A DNA stretch of 64,000 bases from Nitrospinales bacterium (GCA_965223795.1 CBDCXL010000002.1:2336001-2400000); one strand, 5' to 3'; shown: positions 9,855-20,168, counted from the first letter of the stretch. Notes: generated from the sequence alone by a model not told the origin. A program made the numbers and translations.

Positions 9855-10592
9855 TTAGCGCCGCCAGTCTTTTTGCGCGACATGGGCGTTGCATTTCGCC
9901 AGCTCGGGATGGGCGTTGAGATAAGCGAGAACCTGCTCCAAATTGACGGTTTCGCCGGCGGGGTGGAAGAAACGCTCATGGATTGTTTGCATGAGGGTGA
10001 CGTCTTCCTGCGTGTCCACGGTCAGTCGAAACGGCTGGTCCTTCAGATAAAGCGGAGCCGGCAGGTGGGCGATGCGGAAGGCATCGGGATGGTCCCTGAA
10101 ATAGGTGGTGACGTGTTCCCGGTGCGCGGGAAGCGTCGTGCTTGCGGCGATCCGCTGCAACGCGGCAAGCCGGACGACCTCGGTGCCGGTGCCCAGAGGG
10201 ATCGCATCGGGAGTGACGGTGTGATCGGCGTTGCTTTTAATATGCAGGTTTAACAGGGATTGCAGGAGGTTTATGTCGAACAGGGGATTGTCGCCGCAGA
10301 CGCGGACCACATGCCCGGCGTTTACCGATTGTGCCGCCATCAGGAAACGCGCCAGCACATCCTCCTCCGGACCCTGGATGAAACCGATGTCATATTTTTT
10401 TGCGGTTTTGGCGAGCGGTTTGTCCTTCGCCCCCTCGGGCGCGGCGAGGACGATGGCGCCGATCCCGTTCACCCGCTTGAGGCGTTTGATGATATGCTCG
10501 ATCAGCGGCACGCCCGCCAGCGGCAGCATCACTTTTCCCGGATAGCGGGTGGAGCCCATTCTGGCCTGGATGACGGCGGCGGTTCGGGTCAT
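9855..10592 (-). CDS. SpsF-like cytidylyltransferase (CMP-nonulosonate/CMP-Kdo synthetase family)
   Basis: IQARMGSTRYPGKV, GPEEDVLARF, VRVCGDNP, HREHVT, RLTVDTQED. Confidence 0.88.
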   Translation of the reverse strand: MTRTAAVIQARMGSTRYPGKVMLPLAGVPLIEHIIKRLKRVNGIGAIVLAAPEGAKDKPLAKTAKKYDIGFIQGPEEDVLARFLMAAQSVNAGHVVRVCGDNPLFDINLLQSLLNLHIKSNADHTVTPDAIPLGTGTEVVRLAALQRIAASTTLPAHREHVTTYFRDHPDAFRIAHLPAPLYLKDQPFRLTVDTQEDVTLMQTIHERFFHPAGETVNLEQVLAYLNAHPELAKCNAHVAQKDWRR

Positions 10593-10655
10593 GGCGCGGG
10601 TTGAAAGGCGTTCAAGGACAACACACCCATTGTAGCGGTTCGATCACAAATTGTA

Positions 10656-11576
10656 ATGGCGAAACTCATACAGCCCGCGCGGCTTAAAAAAGGCGACATG
10701 GTAGGCGTGGTGGCTCCGGCGGGCCCGGTGGAACCGGACCTGCTGGAAAAGGGCATGCAGGCGCTCAAACGCATGGGCTTCACGCCCCGGCCCGGCGTGC
10801 ATCTGCTGGATCGAAGGCGCTACCTCGCGGGCGACGATGCGGCGCGCGCCGCAGACCTGATGGCGATGTTCGAAGACCCGGCCGTCAAGGGGATCGTGTG
10901 CGCGCGCGGCGGCTACGGCGTCAACCGCATCCTGCCGCTGCTCGATAAAAAGGTCATCCGCAAAAACCCGAAAATCGTCGTCGGCGCCAGCGACGGCACG
11001 CTGCTGCTTTTGTATCTGGTGCAGAAATGCGGGCTGGTGGCGTTTCACGGCCCGATGGTGGCGGGCAATTTCGGCGCCCATCCCATGAGCAAAACCAAAG
11101 GCCAGTTTCAGGATCTGTTGAGCGGCAGGGCGGCGGCGAAAAAGCTGAAATTCCCCCGCGGCCGGGTGTTGTTTGAGGGCACCGCTTCGGGGCCGGTGAC
11201 AGGCGGCTGCCTGACGCTGTTGTGCCGGTCGCTTAGGACCCCGTATGAGATCGAGACGAAAAACCGCATTCTCTTGATCGAAGATGTGAACGAAGCGCCG
11301 TACCGGATCGACGGCATGCTGTGGCAGCTCAAGCAAGCGGGGAAACTGCGCGGCGTCCGCGGCGTCGTTCTGGGGGAAATGGTGGGCTGCGCCACGTCAC
11401 CCAAAACCAGACGCTGGCTGGAAGAGGGATTTAAAGAAGTGTTCGAGGGCGTTCCCGGTCCCGTGGTGTGGAACGCGCCCATCGGTCATGGCAAGGAGAT
11501 GTGGACCCTGCCTCTGGGTGTCGAGGCGGCGCTCACGGTGGACGGCATCCGGTTTTCGCACTGCGGCGTGGCCTGA
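10656..11576 (+). CDS. ldcA: LD-carboxypeptidase (peptidase S66)
   Basis: ARGGYG, GASD (catalytic Ser), IEDVNE (Glu), PIGH (His). Confidence 0.9.
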   Translation: MAKLIQPARLKKGDMVGVVAPAGPVEPDLLEKGMQALKRMGFTPRPGVHLLDRRRYLAGDDAARAADLMAMFEDPAVKGIVCARGGYGVNRILPLLDKKVIRKNPKIVVGASDGTLLLLYLVQKCGLVAFHGPMVAGNFGAHPMSKTKGQFQDLLSGRAAAKKLKFPRGRVLFEGTASGPVTGGCLTLLCRSLRTPYEIETKNRILLIEDVNEAPYRIDGMLWQLKQAGKLRGVRGVVLGEMVGCATSPKTRRWLEEGFKEVFEGVPGPVVWNAPIGHGKEMWTLPLGVEAALTVDGIRFSHCGVA

Positions 11577-11647
11577 TCGTGCTTTAAGTAATACCTGAAG
11601 CGGCGGGGTGATACCGGTTTTGCTAAAAGAGGTTGCCGCTTTGCTTT

Positions 11648-12484
11648 TTAGATCCGCACGACGATGCCGCGGGACTTGAGATAGTTCTTGGTCTCGGCGA
11701 TGGTGAATTCCTTGAAGTGGAAGATCGAGGCGGCGAGCACCGCGTCGGCCTTGCCGGAGACGATGCCTTCATAAAGGTGCTCCAGCGTGCCCGCACCGCC
11801 GGAGGCGATGACCGGAATGGTGACCGCTTCGGACAGGGTGCGGTTCAGCTCCAGATCGTAGCCTTCCTTGGTGCCGTCCCGGTCCATGCTGGTCAGCAGG
11901 ATCTCGCCCGCGCCATAGATTTCCATCTGCTTTGCCCAGCGTTCGGCGTGGATGCCGGTGGGGTTGCGGCCGCCGTGCGTGAACACCTGCCAGGCGGGCA
12001 GGCGGTCCTCCGCGTGAAAGAACAGCTCCGGGTGGCGGTCGTGCCAGGGGAACGGCGTGTCCGGCAGCGCGGGCGCGCCGGAAACCTGTTTGGCGTCGAT
12101 GGCGACGACGATGCACTGGCTGCCGAATTTCCGCGCCGCCTCGCCGACGAAATCGGGATCGTGGACCGCGGCGGTGTTGATCGCCACTTTGTCGGCGCCC
12201 GCCTTGAGCAGGTTGCGGATGTCCTCCAGCGTGCGCACGCCGCCGCCCACGGTCAGCGGCATGAACACCTTTTCGGCGGTGCGCCGCACGACGTCGAGGA
12301 TGATGTCGCGTTTTTCGTGCGAGGCGGTGATGTCGAGAAAGGTCAGCTCGTCGGCGCCTTCGGTCTCGTAGGCGTGGGCGATCTCCACGGGGTCGCCGGC
12401 GTCGCGCAGGTTCACGAAGTTGACGCCCTTGACCACCCGGCCGTCCTTGACGTCGAGGCAGGGGATGATGCGTTTAGCCAGCAT
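11648..12484 (-). CDS. hisF: Imidazole glycerol phosphate synthase cyclase subunit
   Basis: [12 protein letters not shown]...[10 protein letters not shown]...SMDRDGT...ASGG. Start reassigned to the ATG at 12484. Confidence 0.97.
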   Translation of the reverse strand: MLAKRIIPCLDVKDGRVVKGVNFVNLRDAGDPVEIAHAYETEGADELTFLDITASHEKRDIILDVVRRTAEKVFMPLTVGGGVRTLEDIRNLLKAGADKVAINTAAVHDPDFVGEAARKFGSQCIVVAIDAKQVSGAPALPDTPFPWHDRHPELFFHAEDRLPAWQVFTHGGRNPTGIHAERWAKQMEIYGAGEILLTSMDRDGTKEGYDLELNRTLSEAVTIPVIASGGAGTLEHLYEGIVSGKADAVLAASIFHFKEFTIAETKNYLKSRGIVVRI

Positions 12485-13208
12485 CGCTTTCAACCAGTCT
12501 GCGCGCGTCGCGGTAGGAAATGCTTTTGTCGTAAAGGGCTTTGCCGGTGATGACGCCAACGACGCCCACCGGTTCCAGCGCGATCAGATCCTCGATGTCC
12601 TTCAGCGTGCCGACGCCGCCCGAGGCGATCACGGGCACGGAAGTGGATTCGGCGAAGGCGCGCACGCTGTTCAGATTGGGGCCTTCGAGCATGCCGTCGC
12701 GGCCGATGTCGGTGAAGATGAATTCGGCGACGCCCAGCGGCTGCATGCGCGCGGCGAGGTCGCTGGCTTTTTCGCCGGAAACCTCGACCCAGCCTTTGAC
12801 GGCGACAAACCCGTCTTTGGCGTCGATGCCGACGGTGATCTTCCCCGGAAACCGCTTGCAGGCGTCCTCCACGAATTTCGGGTCCTTTTGCGCCACGGTG
12901 CCCAGGATGACGCGGTACGCGCCGGCGTTGACGTAGGTTTCGATGGCTTTCATCGTGCGGATGCCGCCGCCGACCTGGATGTCCACGGAGCTGTTGTAGA
13001 TGATGTTTTTGACCAGTTCGGCGTTTTTGGGGATGCCGTCGAACGCGCCGTCCAGATCCACCACGTGGATGAGGCGCGCGCCTTCTTCGTCCCAGTGGGA
13101 GGCCATGGCCAGCGGGTCCTCGGAATACACGGTTTCCTGGTCCGCTCTTCCCTGGGTCAGGCGGACGCAGCGGCCGTTTTTGATGTCGACTGCGGGGATG
13201 ATTTTCAT
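12474..13208 (-). CDS. hisA: ProFAR isomerase
   Basis: [37 protein letters not shown]. Confidence 0.97.
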   Translation of the reverse strand: MKIIPAVDIKNGRCVRLTQGRADQETVYSEDPLAMASHWDEEGARLIHVVDLDGAFDGIPKNAELVKNIIYNSSVDIQVGGGIRTMKAIETYVNAGAYRVILGTVAQKDPKFVEDACKRFPGKITVGIDAKDGFVAVKGWVEVSGEKASDLAARMQPLGVAEFIFTDIGRDGMLEGPNLNSVRAFAESTSVPVIASGGVGTLKDIEDLIALEPVGVVGVITGKALYDKSISYRDARRLVESDAG

Positions 13209-13343
13209 GCTCGTGTCCTGATTGCGGCGGCCGGAAATCCTGCCGCCGGGTCCATTCTAGCAGATCGGCGGACGATTCTAACAGATCGGGCGGCGATTGA
13301 CGAATCAGGATGTTCGGGGAAACGACCGTTGCGGCCGCGTCGC

Positions 13344-13368
13344 CATGCTTCGACAGGCTCAGCATGAC
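13344..13368. repeat. Solitary REP-like palindromic unit
   Basis: CATGCTTCGACAGGCTCAGCATGAC, a hairpin resembling the widespread GTCAnnCTGAGCnTGTCGAAG intergenic repeat family. Only one copy is present in the window. Confidence 0.5.
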
Positions 13369-13548
13369 AGGCTGGAAACGGATGCAAGCATTCCGTGCAT
13401 TTGCCGGTCCGTTTCGGCGGGGAGATAAGGGTTTACTCGCTTTCGGGGAGTGACTATAATCCGTGCGGGTTTGAACCCGGAAGCGTCCTTTCATGTTTCT
13501 AAAACGCTGTCGCAAACGGACAGCCGTTGACCGACCCCCCGGATCACT

Positions 13549-14718
13549 ATGGAGCGAATCCTGCCGGCCCTGGACCGGACAATCGCCATCTGCCTGATGG
13601 TGTTTGCGGTTGCCTCGCAGTTTTCCATCAGCGTCACGCAGATCGCGTTCGCCGTGGGCACGCTGGCCTGGCTGATCAAAACCGGCCTGACCAAGGAGTG
13701 GCAGGCGGTGCGCTGGCCGCTGTGGATGCCGTTCGCCGCCTACTGCCTGGCGGCGGTGCTTGCGGTGGCGCTGGCGTACGATCCCGCCTACAGCGTGAAA
13801 TCGCTCAAGAAACTGCCGCAGATCCTGATCTTTTTCTGGGTGCTCAACAGCATCCGCGACGCGCGGCAGCGGGATTTTCTGGTTCTGCTTTTGATCGGCT
13901 CGGCTTCGGCGGCGGCGCTGTACGGGTTTTACCAGTCTCTGATGACGGAGGTGACGCTGGCAACGCGCGTCGCCGGCACGATGAGCATCTACATGACCTT
14001 CGCCGGGCTTTTGATGCTCACCGGATTGCTGGCGGCCGGGCGGCTGCTGTTCAAGGAACCGAGAGAACCCTGGCTGGCTCTGGCGGTGGCGGTGATCCTC
14101 GTCTGCCTGCTTTTGACGCTGACGCGTCAGGCCTGGCTGGGATTCTGCGCCGGGGCGGTGTTTCTGGTGTATTTCTGGCGAAGGATCTGGCTCTGGGCCA
14201 TTCCGGTGACGCTGGCGCTGGCGTTTGTGCTGTCGCCGCCGGCGGTGAAGCAGCGCATTCTGTCGATGACGGACCTTTCGGACTGGACGGTGCAGTCGCG
14301 CCTGGCCCTGTGGCGGGGCGGCGTCGCGGTGGTGAAGGATTATCCGGTCACCGGCTGCGGCTTCCGCTGCATGGATCTGGTGCATCCCAACTACCCCGAC
14401 CCGACGGGCTACATCGCCACGTACCGGGGCATGCACAACAACGCGGTGCAGGTGGCGGTGGACACCGGACTGCTGGGGCTGACCGCCTGGCTCAGCATCT
14501 GGGCGGCGTATTACTGGAATCTTTTCCGGCGGCAAAGGGACGGTGTATTTGACGCCGCTTCACGCTGGGTGGTGATGGGCAGCGCGGCGGCGGTGACGGG
14601 ATTTCTGGCGGGCGGGATGTTCGAGGTGAATTTTTACGATTCGGAGGTGGTCATGGTGCTGTATTTCATCCTGGCGCTGCCGTTTGCGGCCGGGAATGGC
14701 AAACAGGCGCTAGCGTGA
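13549..14718 (+). CDS. O-antigen ligase family (Wzy_C/WaaL) membrane protein
   Basis: Multi-TM protein with TLTRQAW, RLALW..G, P.TGCG and MHNN...AVDTGLLG motifs. Confidence 0.88.
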   Translation: MERILPALDRTIAICLMVFAVASQFSISVTQIAFAVGTLAWLIKTGLTKEWQAVRWPLWMPFAAYCLAAVLAVALAYDPAYSVKSLKKLPQILIFFWVLNSIRDARQRDFLVLLLIGSASAAALYGFYQSLMTEVTLATRVAGTMSIYMTFAGLLMLTGLLAAGRLLFKEPREPWLALAVAVILVCLLLTLTRQAWLGFCAGAVFLVYFWRRIWLWAIPVTLALAFVLSPPAVKQRILSMTDLSDWTVQSRLALWRGGVAVVKDYPVTGCGFRCMDLVHPNYPDPTGYIATYRGMHNNAVQVAVDTGLLGLTAWLSIWAAYYWNLFRRQRDGVFDAASRWVVMGSAAAVTGFLAGGMFEVNFYDSEVVMVLYFILALPFAAGNGKQALA

Positions 14719-14727
14719 CGGACGCGG

Positions 14728-14919
14728 TCACGAGGATTTGCGGCGGGGACGGGTGGAACCGAACCGCTCGAAAAACTTCGGGTGCTTTTTGAGCTTTTCT
14801 TTTGCCTCGGCCACTTCCTTGCGGATGGTTTCGGCGTCGCTGCCGGGAAAACGGGTTTCTCCAAAACTCGCGAAGATGGGAAACTCGGTTTTGCTGAATT
14901 TCGCTTGTACGAGGGACAT
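14728..14919 (-). CDS. Small basic hypothetical protein (63 aa)
   Basis: Strong SD AAGGAG upstream of the ATG at 14919; fills the gap between the ligase and rmlC. Confidence 0.55.
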   Translation of the reverse strand: MSLVQAKFSKTEFPIFASFGETRFPGSDAETIRKEVAEAKEKLKKHPKFFERFGSTRPRRKSS

Positions 14920-15236
14920 GTTGCGTATCTCCTTTTTCCTGCCTTTTCGGGGGTTTGCCGTTTCCGGGTTCGGCTGCGGTTTCAAATTCGGCTCCGAAAT
15001 TGCGTGATATAGAAACTTTCCTTTGTTTTCTATTACTTATCGAGATTTTTTCAAAATCGCTTGAGCTTTTTTTTCATTCTTCCGGGCCGAAAAGGGGTTC
15101 ACCGTTGAAATTCTGCCATTTATCGCTAAAATCGGGCGTCGGGCGGAAAATCGCCCGATTTTAGTCAAAACCGCTGTTTTTTAGGCATTAATCTCTTGTT
15201 GTCCCTTTTAAAGACTGTGATTGCGACGAAGCGACC

Positions 15237-15764
15237 ATGAACGTGACCGCGACAGAAATCGAGGGGGTGTTCCTCATCGAGCCCAAGGTGCACAGCGACG
15301 CCCGGGGCCTGTTTTTTGAAAGCTATGTGAGGAAAAACTACGCCGATCACGGAATCGACGCCGAATTCGTGCAGGACAACCATTCGGTTTCCCGCAAGGG
15401 GGCGCTGCGCGGACTGCATTTTCAGGAGAACCCCGGCCAGGCGAAGCTCGTGCGGGTGGGCCGGGGAGAGGTGTTCGATGTGGCGGTGGATGTGCGCAAA
15501 GGCTCGCCCACCTTCGGCCGCTGGGTGGGAGCGCGGCTTTCGGAGAGCAACCACCTGCAGATGTACATCCCGGCGGGATTCGCGCACGGGTTCTGTGTGC
15601 TGAGCGAATCGGCGCTGTTTCTGTACAAATGTTCGGATTACTATTCCCCGCAACGGGAGCGCGGCGTGCTGTGGAACGACCCCGACATCGGCATCGAATG
15701 GCCGATCGCAGACCCGATCCTGTCGGAAAAAGACAAAACCCTGCCTCGCCTCAAGGACCTGTGA
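15237..15764 (+). CDS. rfbC: dTDP-4-dehydrorhamnose 3,5-epimerase
   Basis: DARGLFFE, VQDNHS.S..GALRGLHFQ, DVAVD.R.GSPTFG, GFAHGF. Confidence 0.96.
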   Translation: MNVTATEIEGVFLIEPKVHSDARGLFFESYVRKNYADHGIDAEFVQDNHSVSRKGALRGLHFQENPGQAKLVRVGRGEVFDVAVDVRKGSPTFGRWVGARLSESNHLQMYIPAGFAHGFCVLSESALFLYKCSDYYSPQRERGVLWNDPDIGIEWPIADPILSEKDKTLPRLKDL

Positions 15765-15869
15765 TTTTCCCGCGAAATTTTTTCCCGCCGTTTCTCCGCT
15801 TGCCCTTTCAACACGCTAAATCCTGAATTAAAAAGGGCTTGAACTTGAGCCCCGCGCCTGAATTCCGCT

Positions 15870-15896
15870 TAATGTTTATGCAGGTAATGCCGATAA
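15870..15896 (+). promoter_or_regulatory. Sigma-28 promoter
   Basis: TAAT-N15-GCCGATAA about 50 nt upstream of the ATG at 15946. Confidence 0.75.
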
Positions 15897-15945
15897 AGTC
15901 CATAGCAGGGATCTTAAGGGAGTGACTGATAAGGCGCAGCGGATC

Positions 15946-16722
15946 ATGGCGATTTCAGAATTGAACCCAGTCCAATCCATTCTTTCCAGGCGCAGTTTCG
16001 CCTCTGCGATCGACGTTGCCTTCACGACCGGCCTGACGCTCAAAACCGACGAAGGGGATCAGGTCCGGCTTTCCTTTGAAAACCAGAGTTCCCTGGCCGA
16101 ATCGGAATCCGAAACCCAATACGCCGACGGCAGCGCCGTGAAGGAGTTTTCCTCGGTGGCGGTGGCGGCGTACCGCTATTCGCTGTCGGTGGAGGGGGAT
16201 CTGAATCAGGAAGAGCTGGATGCGATCCAGTCGCTGGTCCAGGAAATCGCGCCCATCGCGCGGCAGTTCTTCGCACGCGCGGAATTCGACATTGAAAAGG
16301 CGACCGAGGCGCTGAGCGGATCTCTGGGCGTCATCGAAGAGGTGGAACTCGCTTTAGAGCGGGTGATCACCGCGACCTTTTCCTCCCGCAGCGTCACAAA
16401 CGGCGCGGCCGAGCCGGTTCCCGGAGCGGAAATACCGGCTGTGTCGTCCGAAAGCGAAGCGCCGGTGGATGCGGCGCAGATCCGCGATCTGCCTTCGCTG
16501 ATTCTGGCCGCCACGGCATCCGAATTCGAGGCGCAGGCCGCCAAGCTGCCGCCGAAAGCGCCGATACTGCGTTCGCTGAACGACCTGATGAGTTTCCTGA
16601 GAGACCAGCTGGCGCAGTTTCTCGCTCCGCTGAAGCACTTCTCGCAGCCCGCGCCGGACAGCGTGCCGCAGAGCGAAGTTCCCGCCGCCTCCGGACAGGA
16701 AAATCCCGAACCGCAGTCCTGA
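15946..16722 (+). CDS. Acidic hypothetical protein (alternative GTG start at 15922)
   Basis: Long ORF with genome-like codon use and TDEGDQV and VEGDLNQEELDAI motifs, reminiscent of DUF5610-associated proteins. Confidence 0.7.
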   Translation: MAISELNPVQSILSRRSFASAIDVAFTTGLTLKTDEGDQVRLSFENQSSLAESESETQYADGSAVKEFSSVAVAAYRYSLSVEGDLNQEELDAIQSLVQEIAPIARQFFARAEFDIEKATEALSGSLGVIEEVELALERVITATFSSRSVTNGAAEPVPGAEIPAVSSESEAPVDAAQIRDLPSLILAATASEFEAQAAKLPPKAPILRSLNDLMSFLRDQLAQFLAPLKHFSQPAPDSVPQSEVPAASGQENPEPQS

Positions 16723-16800
16723 TCACTCACTTTTCCAACTGAACATTCAATAGAAGAAAAAGCCGGTCGTGCCCGGCGCTCGTTGCTTTTTGGGTGTGGG

Positions 16801-17559
16801 TCAGGGCATCAGTGCGCCGCCGTTGGGGTCGAAGGTCTGACCGGTGAAGGCGGTGGTCTCTTCGGCCATGAGAAAGCCGGTGAGCCGGGCGACGTCGGTG
16901 GGCTCGGACATTTTGCCCAGCGGCACTTCGCTCATGGCCCGCTGGTAGGCTTCTTCCTTGCTGATGTCGAACACCCGCGCCATGCCTTCCAGCCCCTGGT
17001 GCGCCATCGCCGTGTCCACCCAGCCGGGACAGATGGCGTTGACGAGGATGTTCTGCGCGGCGAGCTCGGCGGCGAAGGCGCGCATGAGTCCCAGCATTCC
17101 GGCTTTCGAGGCGCAATAGCCCGTGTAGGCGGGGACGCCGAGCCGCGCCAGGATGGAGGACATCAAAACGATTTTCCGGTACGGGGCGGGGTCTTTTTTC
17201 AGATAGGGCAGGCATTCCTGCACGGTGTGGTAGCTGCCGCTGAGGTTGATGTCGATGATCTCGTTCCAGCGGTCATCGGCGCCATAGTGGTTTTCCCCGC
17301 CCACTCCGGCGTTGGCCACGACGCCATACAGGGATTCGATGCCGCTCGCGGTGAGCGCTTTGCGGATGGCTTGCGGATCGCGCACGTCGGCGGAGTGGCT
17401 CTGGTGGTGTTCCGGCTGTTTGAGCGATTTGCGCGTGGTCTCCAGGCGCGACGCATCGCGTCCCAATAGCAGGATGGAGAATCCCATCCCTGCAAGGTGG
17501 TGGGCGATGGCTTCGCCGATGCCGCTGCCGGCGCCGGTGACAACGATGGTTTTTGACAT
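16801..17559 (-). CDS. SDR family oxidoreductase
   Basis: TGAGSGIG, NAG, YCASK, VNAICPG. Confidence 0.93.
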   Translation of the reverse strand: MSKTIVVTGAGSGIGEAIAHHLAGMGFSILLLGRDASRLETTRKSLKQPEHHQSHSADVRDPQAIRKALTASGIESLYGVVANAGVGGENHYGADDRWNEIIDINLSGSYHTVQECLPYLKKDPAPYRKIVLMSSILARLGVPAYTGYCASKAGMLGLMRAFAAELAAQNILVNAICPGWVDTAMAHQGLEGMARVFDISKEEAYQRAMSEVPLGKMSEPTDVARLTGFLMAEETTAFTGQTFDPNGGALMP

Positions 17560-17578
17560 GATCGGGTTGCGCTCGAGT

Positions 17579-18457
17579 TCAGGTGGAATGGGGGCTGAAG
17601 CTTTTGGGAGATTTCAGCAGGATGTTGATGAACCGGGTGAGCTGCCGCGACTTTTCCAGTTCCTTGTTCTGATTGTAAATCATGATGAGGTTGTTCATCA
17701 TGCGCACCAGCGTCTCCCGGTGCGTGGCCTGGGCAAGGAGGTGCTCCTCGAAGCGGTGGCCGAAATTTTCCACCCGCTGGATGCACTCGTCCCGGCTGAG
17801 AATCCGGCCCTGGTAAAAGGGGTCGAAGAACACCGGATCCTTGGGCGCGTTGTATTTGGCGATGTAGTGGCCGGGCAGTCCGACGCCAACCAGCGGCAGC
17901 CTGAGCCGCTCGCCGATGAGGACGCACAGGGCCGAAAGCGTGATCGGAATGCCGGTTTTGTTTTCCAGGACCTTGTTGAAATAGGTGTTGTCCGGATCGA
18001 GAAAATGCTCCTGGTTGCCTTTAAACTCCATTTCCTGAAACAGAAACCGGGTCACTTTCTCGACCACCTGAGCCGGCGTGTCCCCGGGCGTGAGATTGGA
18101 AGAAAGCTGGTGCGCCAAACGGTCCAGCCTGGCGGTCACCTCGGACGGATCGACGCCGGGATAGCCGAATTCCATGATGAGATGCACCCCTTTCTCCAGG
18201 TCGAGGTCGCCGGATCCTGCGGTGCGGCAAAGCTCGGTGAACCTGTTTGCGAGCTGGATGGGGAAGATGTCTTCGATCATCCTGCGCGCAATGACGCGGA
18301 TTTCGGGCTTTTCGTTGTTGGCGGCGATCTCCAGAAACGGCAGCGCGTCCTCGCCGATCTGAAGCAGCTGCTCCTTCACTTTCGCGCGCACGAACGGGTC
18401 CGCATCGTCCATCAGGCGGATCAGGCTTGAGATTTTCTGGCGGCTTTCCTGTGTCAT
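17579..18457 (-). CDS. SirB1/Transglut_core2 family protein
   Basis: F.GN...F.DPDN.Y...VL..KTGIPITLS, GVGLPGHY, FFDPF, RMMNNL. Confidence 0.85.
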   Translation of the reverse strand: MTQESRQKISSLIRLMDDADPFVRAKVKEQLLQIGEDALPFLEIAANNEKPEIRVIARRMIEDIFPIQLANRFTELCRTAGSGDLDLEKGVHLIMEFGYPGVDPSEVTARLDRLAHQLSSNLTPGDTPAQVVEKVTRFLFQEMEFKGNQEHFLDPDNTYFNKVLENKTGIPITLSALCVLIGERLRLPLVGVGLPGHYIAKYNAPKDPVFFDPFYQGRILSRDECIQRVENFGHRFEEHLLAQATHRETLVRMMNNLIMIYNQNKELEKSRQLTRFINILLKSPKSFSPHST

Positions 18458-18464
18458 AGAAAAT

Positions 18465-18504
18465 AAAAAAAGCCTGAACGGGCTTGGGCCGTCCAGGCTT
18501 TTTT
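18465..18504. terminator. Bidirectional-type Rho-independent terminator after the peroxiredoxin gene
   Basis: AAAAAAAGCCTG...CAGGCTTTTTT. Confidence 0.7.
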
Positions 18505-18521
18505 GACGTGCCCTTAAAGGA

Positions 18522-19157
18522 TCAGAGATTGGGTTGCGGCGTGGTCCTCAGGTACGGCTTGATGACCTTGTGCCCTTTCGGGAATTTTGCCGGAATGTCT
18601 TCCGTCTTGATCGCGGGGACCACCACGCAATCGTCGCCGTGCTTCCAGTCCACCGGCGTCGCCACCTGGTAATTGGCGGTGAGCTGCAACGAATCGATGA
18701 CACGCAGAATTTCATCGAAATTGCGGCCGGTGGACGCGGGATAGGTGAGCGACAATTTGACTTTTTTATCCGGACCGATGATGAACACCGTGCGGACGGT
18801 CAGGTTGTCGAGCGCGTTGGGATGGATCATGTCGTACATGGTGGCGATTTTCCGTTCCGGGTCCGCGATGATCGGGTAGTTGACGGTGCAGCTCTGCGTC
18901 TCGTTGATGTCCTGAATCCAGCCTTTGTGGGAGTCGACCGGATCGACGCTCAGCGCGAGAACCTTGACCCCTCTTTTTTCGAATTCGCCTTTCAGGTTGG
19001 CCACACGGCCCAGCTCGGTGGTGCAGACCGGCGTGTAATCTTTCGGGTGGGAGAACAGAACACCCCAGCTGTCCCCCAGCCATTTGTGAAATTCAATGGT
19101 TCCTTCGGAACTCTCTGCGGTAAAATCGGGTGCGGTGTCGCCTAATCGGATAGCCAT
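18522..19157 (-). CDS. 1-Cys peroxiredoxin (Prx6 family)
   Basis: FSHPKDYTPVCTTE, YPASTGRNFDE. Start reassigned to the ATG at 19157. Confidence 0.95.
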   Translation of the reverse strand: MAIRLGDTAPDFTAESSEGTIEFHKWLGDSWGVLFSHPKDYTPVCTTELGRVANLKGEFEKRGVKVLALSVDPVDSHKGWIQDINETQSCTVNYPIIADPERKIATMYDMIHPNALDNLTVRTVFIIGPDKKVKLSLTYPASTGRNFDEILRVIDSLQLTANYQVATPVDWKHGDDCVVVPAIKTEDIPAKFPKGHKVIKPYLRTTPQPNL

Positions 19158-19494
19158 CGTTGGTTTCCTTCTTATTATAAGTGGTGTTGATGAATGTGTT
19201 GCATTCTGGAATATCCGCCTGTCCCGGCGGGAGGTTTCTCGTTGAGATTTCAAAGCCCTGCGGCGAACGGGGCGGCCCCTGCGGGGGTTGTGCTCGAGCG
19301 AAGCGGATGCTTCCCCGCTTAATTCGCCTTTACTCAATAGGATGCCCGATTATAGCATAAGATTCCAAGCCGAATTGAAAAAAGAGGGCGGGCGCGCAAA
19401 CCCGTGCAACGGCGGTAACTCACTGGAAGTTATGGGACTGGAAAAGCGCCGGCGGGCCTTCGGGCGGATTCCGAAGAAGAAAGGATAGTTGGCC

Positions 19495-19887
19495 ATGGCG
19501 ATCGACGAACGCTATGAGGAGACAGTCATACTGCTGCAGAAAGTCTGGGTGTTCTTTGTGATTGCCCTGTATTGCGCCGGGTTCATGAACGAATACCATT
19601 TCCCCGGCGCGCGCGAGGAACCTCTGGAAAAAGAAGAGATCCTGTGGAACGCGCAGCGGGTGCTTTTCTTTGCGGTGATGTTCGCAGGCCTGTTGATCGA
19701 CGTGGTGCGCATGCGCGTGGATCGGGACAAGGCTTTCGTGTTCCTGTTTTTATCCCTCGCCCTCGGCGGGCTGTCGGGAGCGATCAGCGCGCTGCAATAC
19801 CAGGCGCTGGCCGCGCTGTTCGGCAGGGCGGAAACGGCTGTTTCCACATCGAGTGTGTTTCTCCTTCCGACTTTGGGATTTACCTGA
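19495..19887 (+). CDS. Hypothetical membrane protein
   Basis: Three to four hydrophobic segments; SD-like AAGGA upstream. Confidence 0.55.
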   Translation: MAIDERYEETVILLQKVWVFFVIALYCAGFMNEYHFPGAREEPLEKEEILWNAQRVLFFAVMFAGLLIDVVRMRVDRDKAFVFLFLSLALGGLSGAISALQYQALAALFGRAETAVSTSSVFLLPTLGFT

Positions 19888-20026
19888 GCGCGGCCGGTTT
19901 CTCCTGGACGCGATGATGTTCGATGGGTGCAACGGCGTCCGGCTGAAAAGTTAAAATAGAAGAACTCCGAGCCGCAAATCGTGAATTGCCGCCGCGCGGT
20001 GGCGCCGCTATGCAGGTGCGCCCGTG

Positions 20027-20055
20027 TTGACTCACCCGGAGGGAAGTGCTAATTT
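20027..20055 (+). promoter_or_regulatory. Sigma-70 promoter of tRNA-Lys
   Basis: TTGACT-N17-TAATTT with a TG extension, 30 nt before the tRNA. Confidence 0.6.
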
Positions 20056-20084
20056 AACGATACCGAACTCACCTTCAAACGCAA

Positions 20085-20160
<76 letters not shown>

Positions 20161-20168
20161 TATAAAAC

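Noticed and set aside
12490..14535. 681-aa minus-strand ORF
   Set aside because: Arg/His/Gln-rich shadow overlapping hisA (other frame) and the O-antigen ligase (antisense); no domain motifs.
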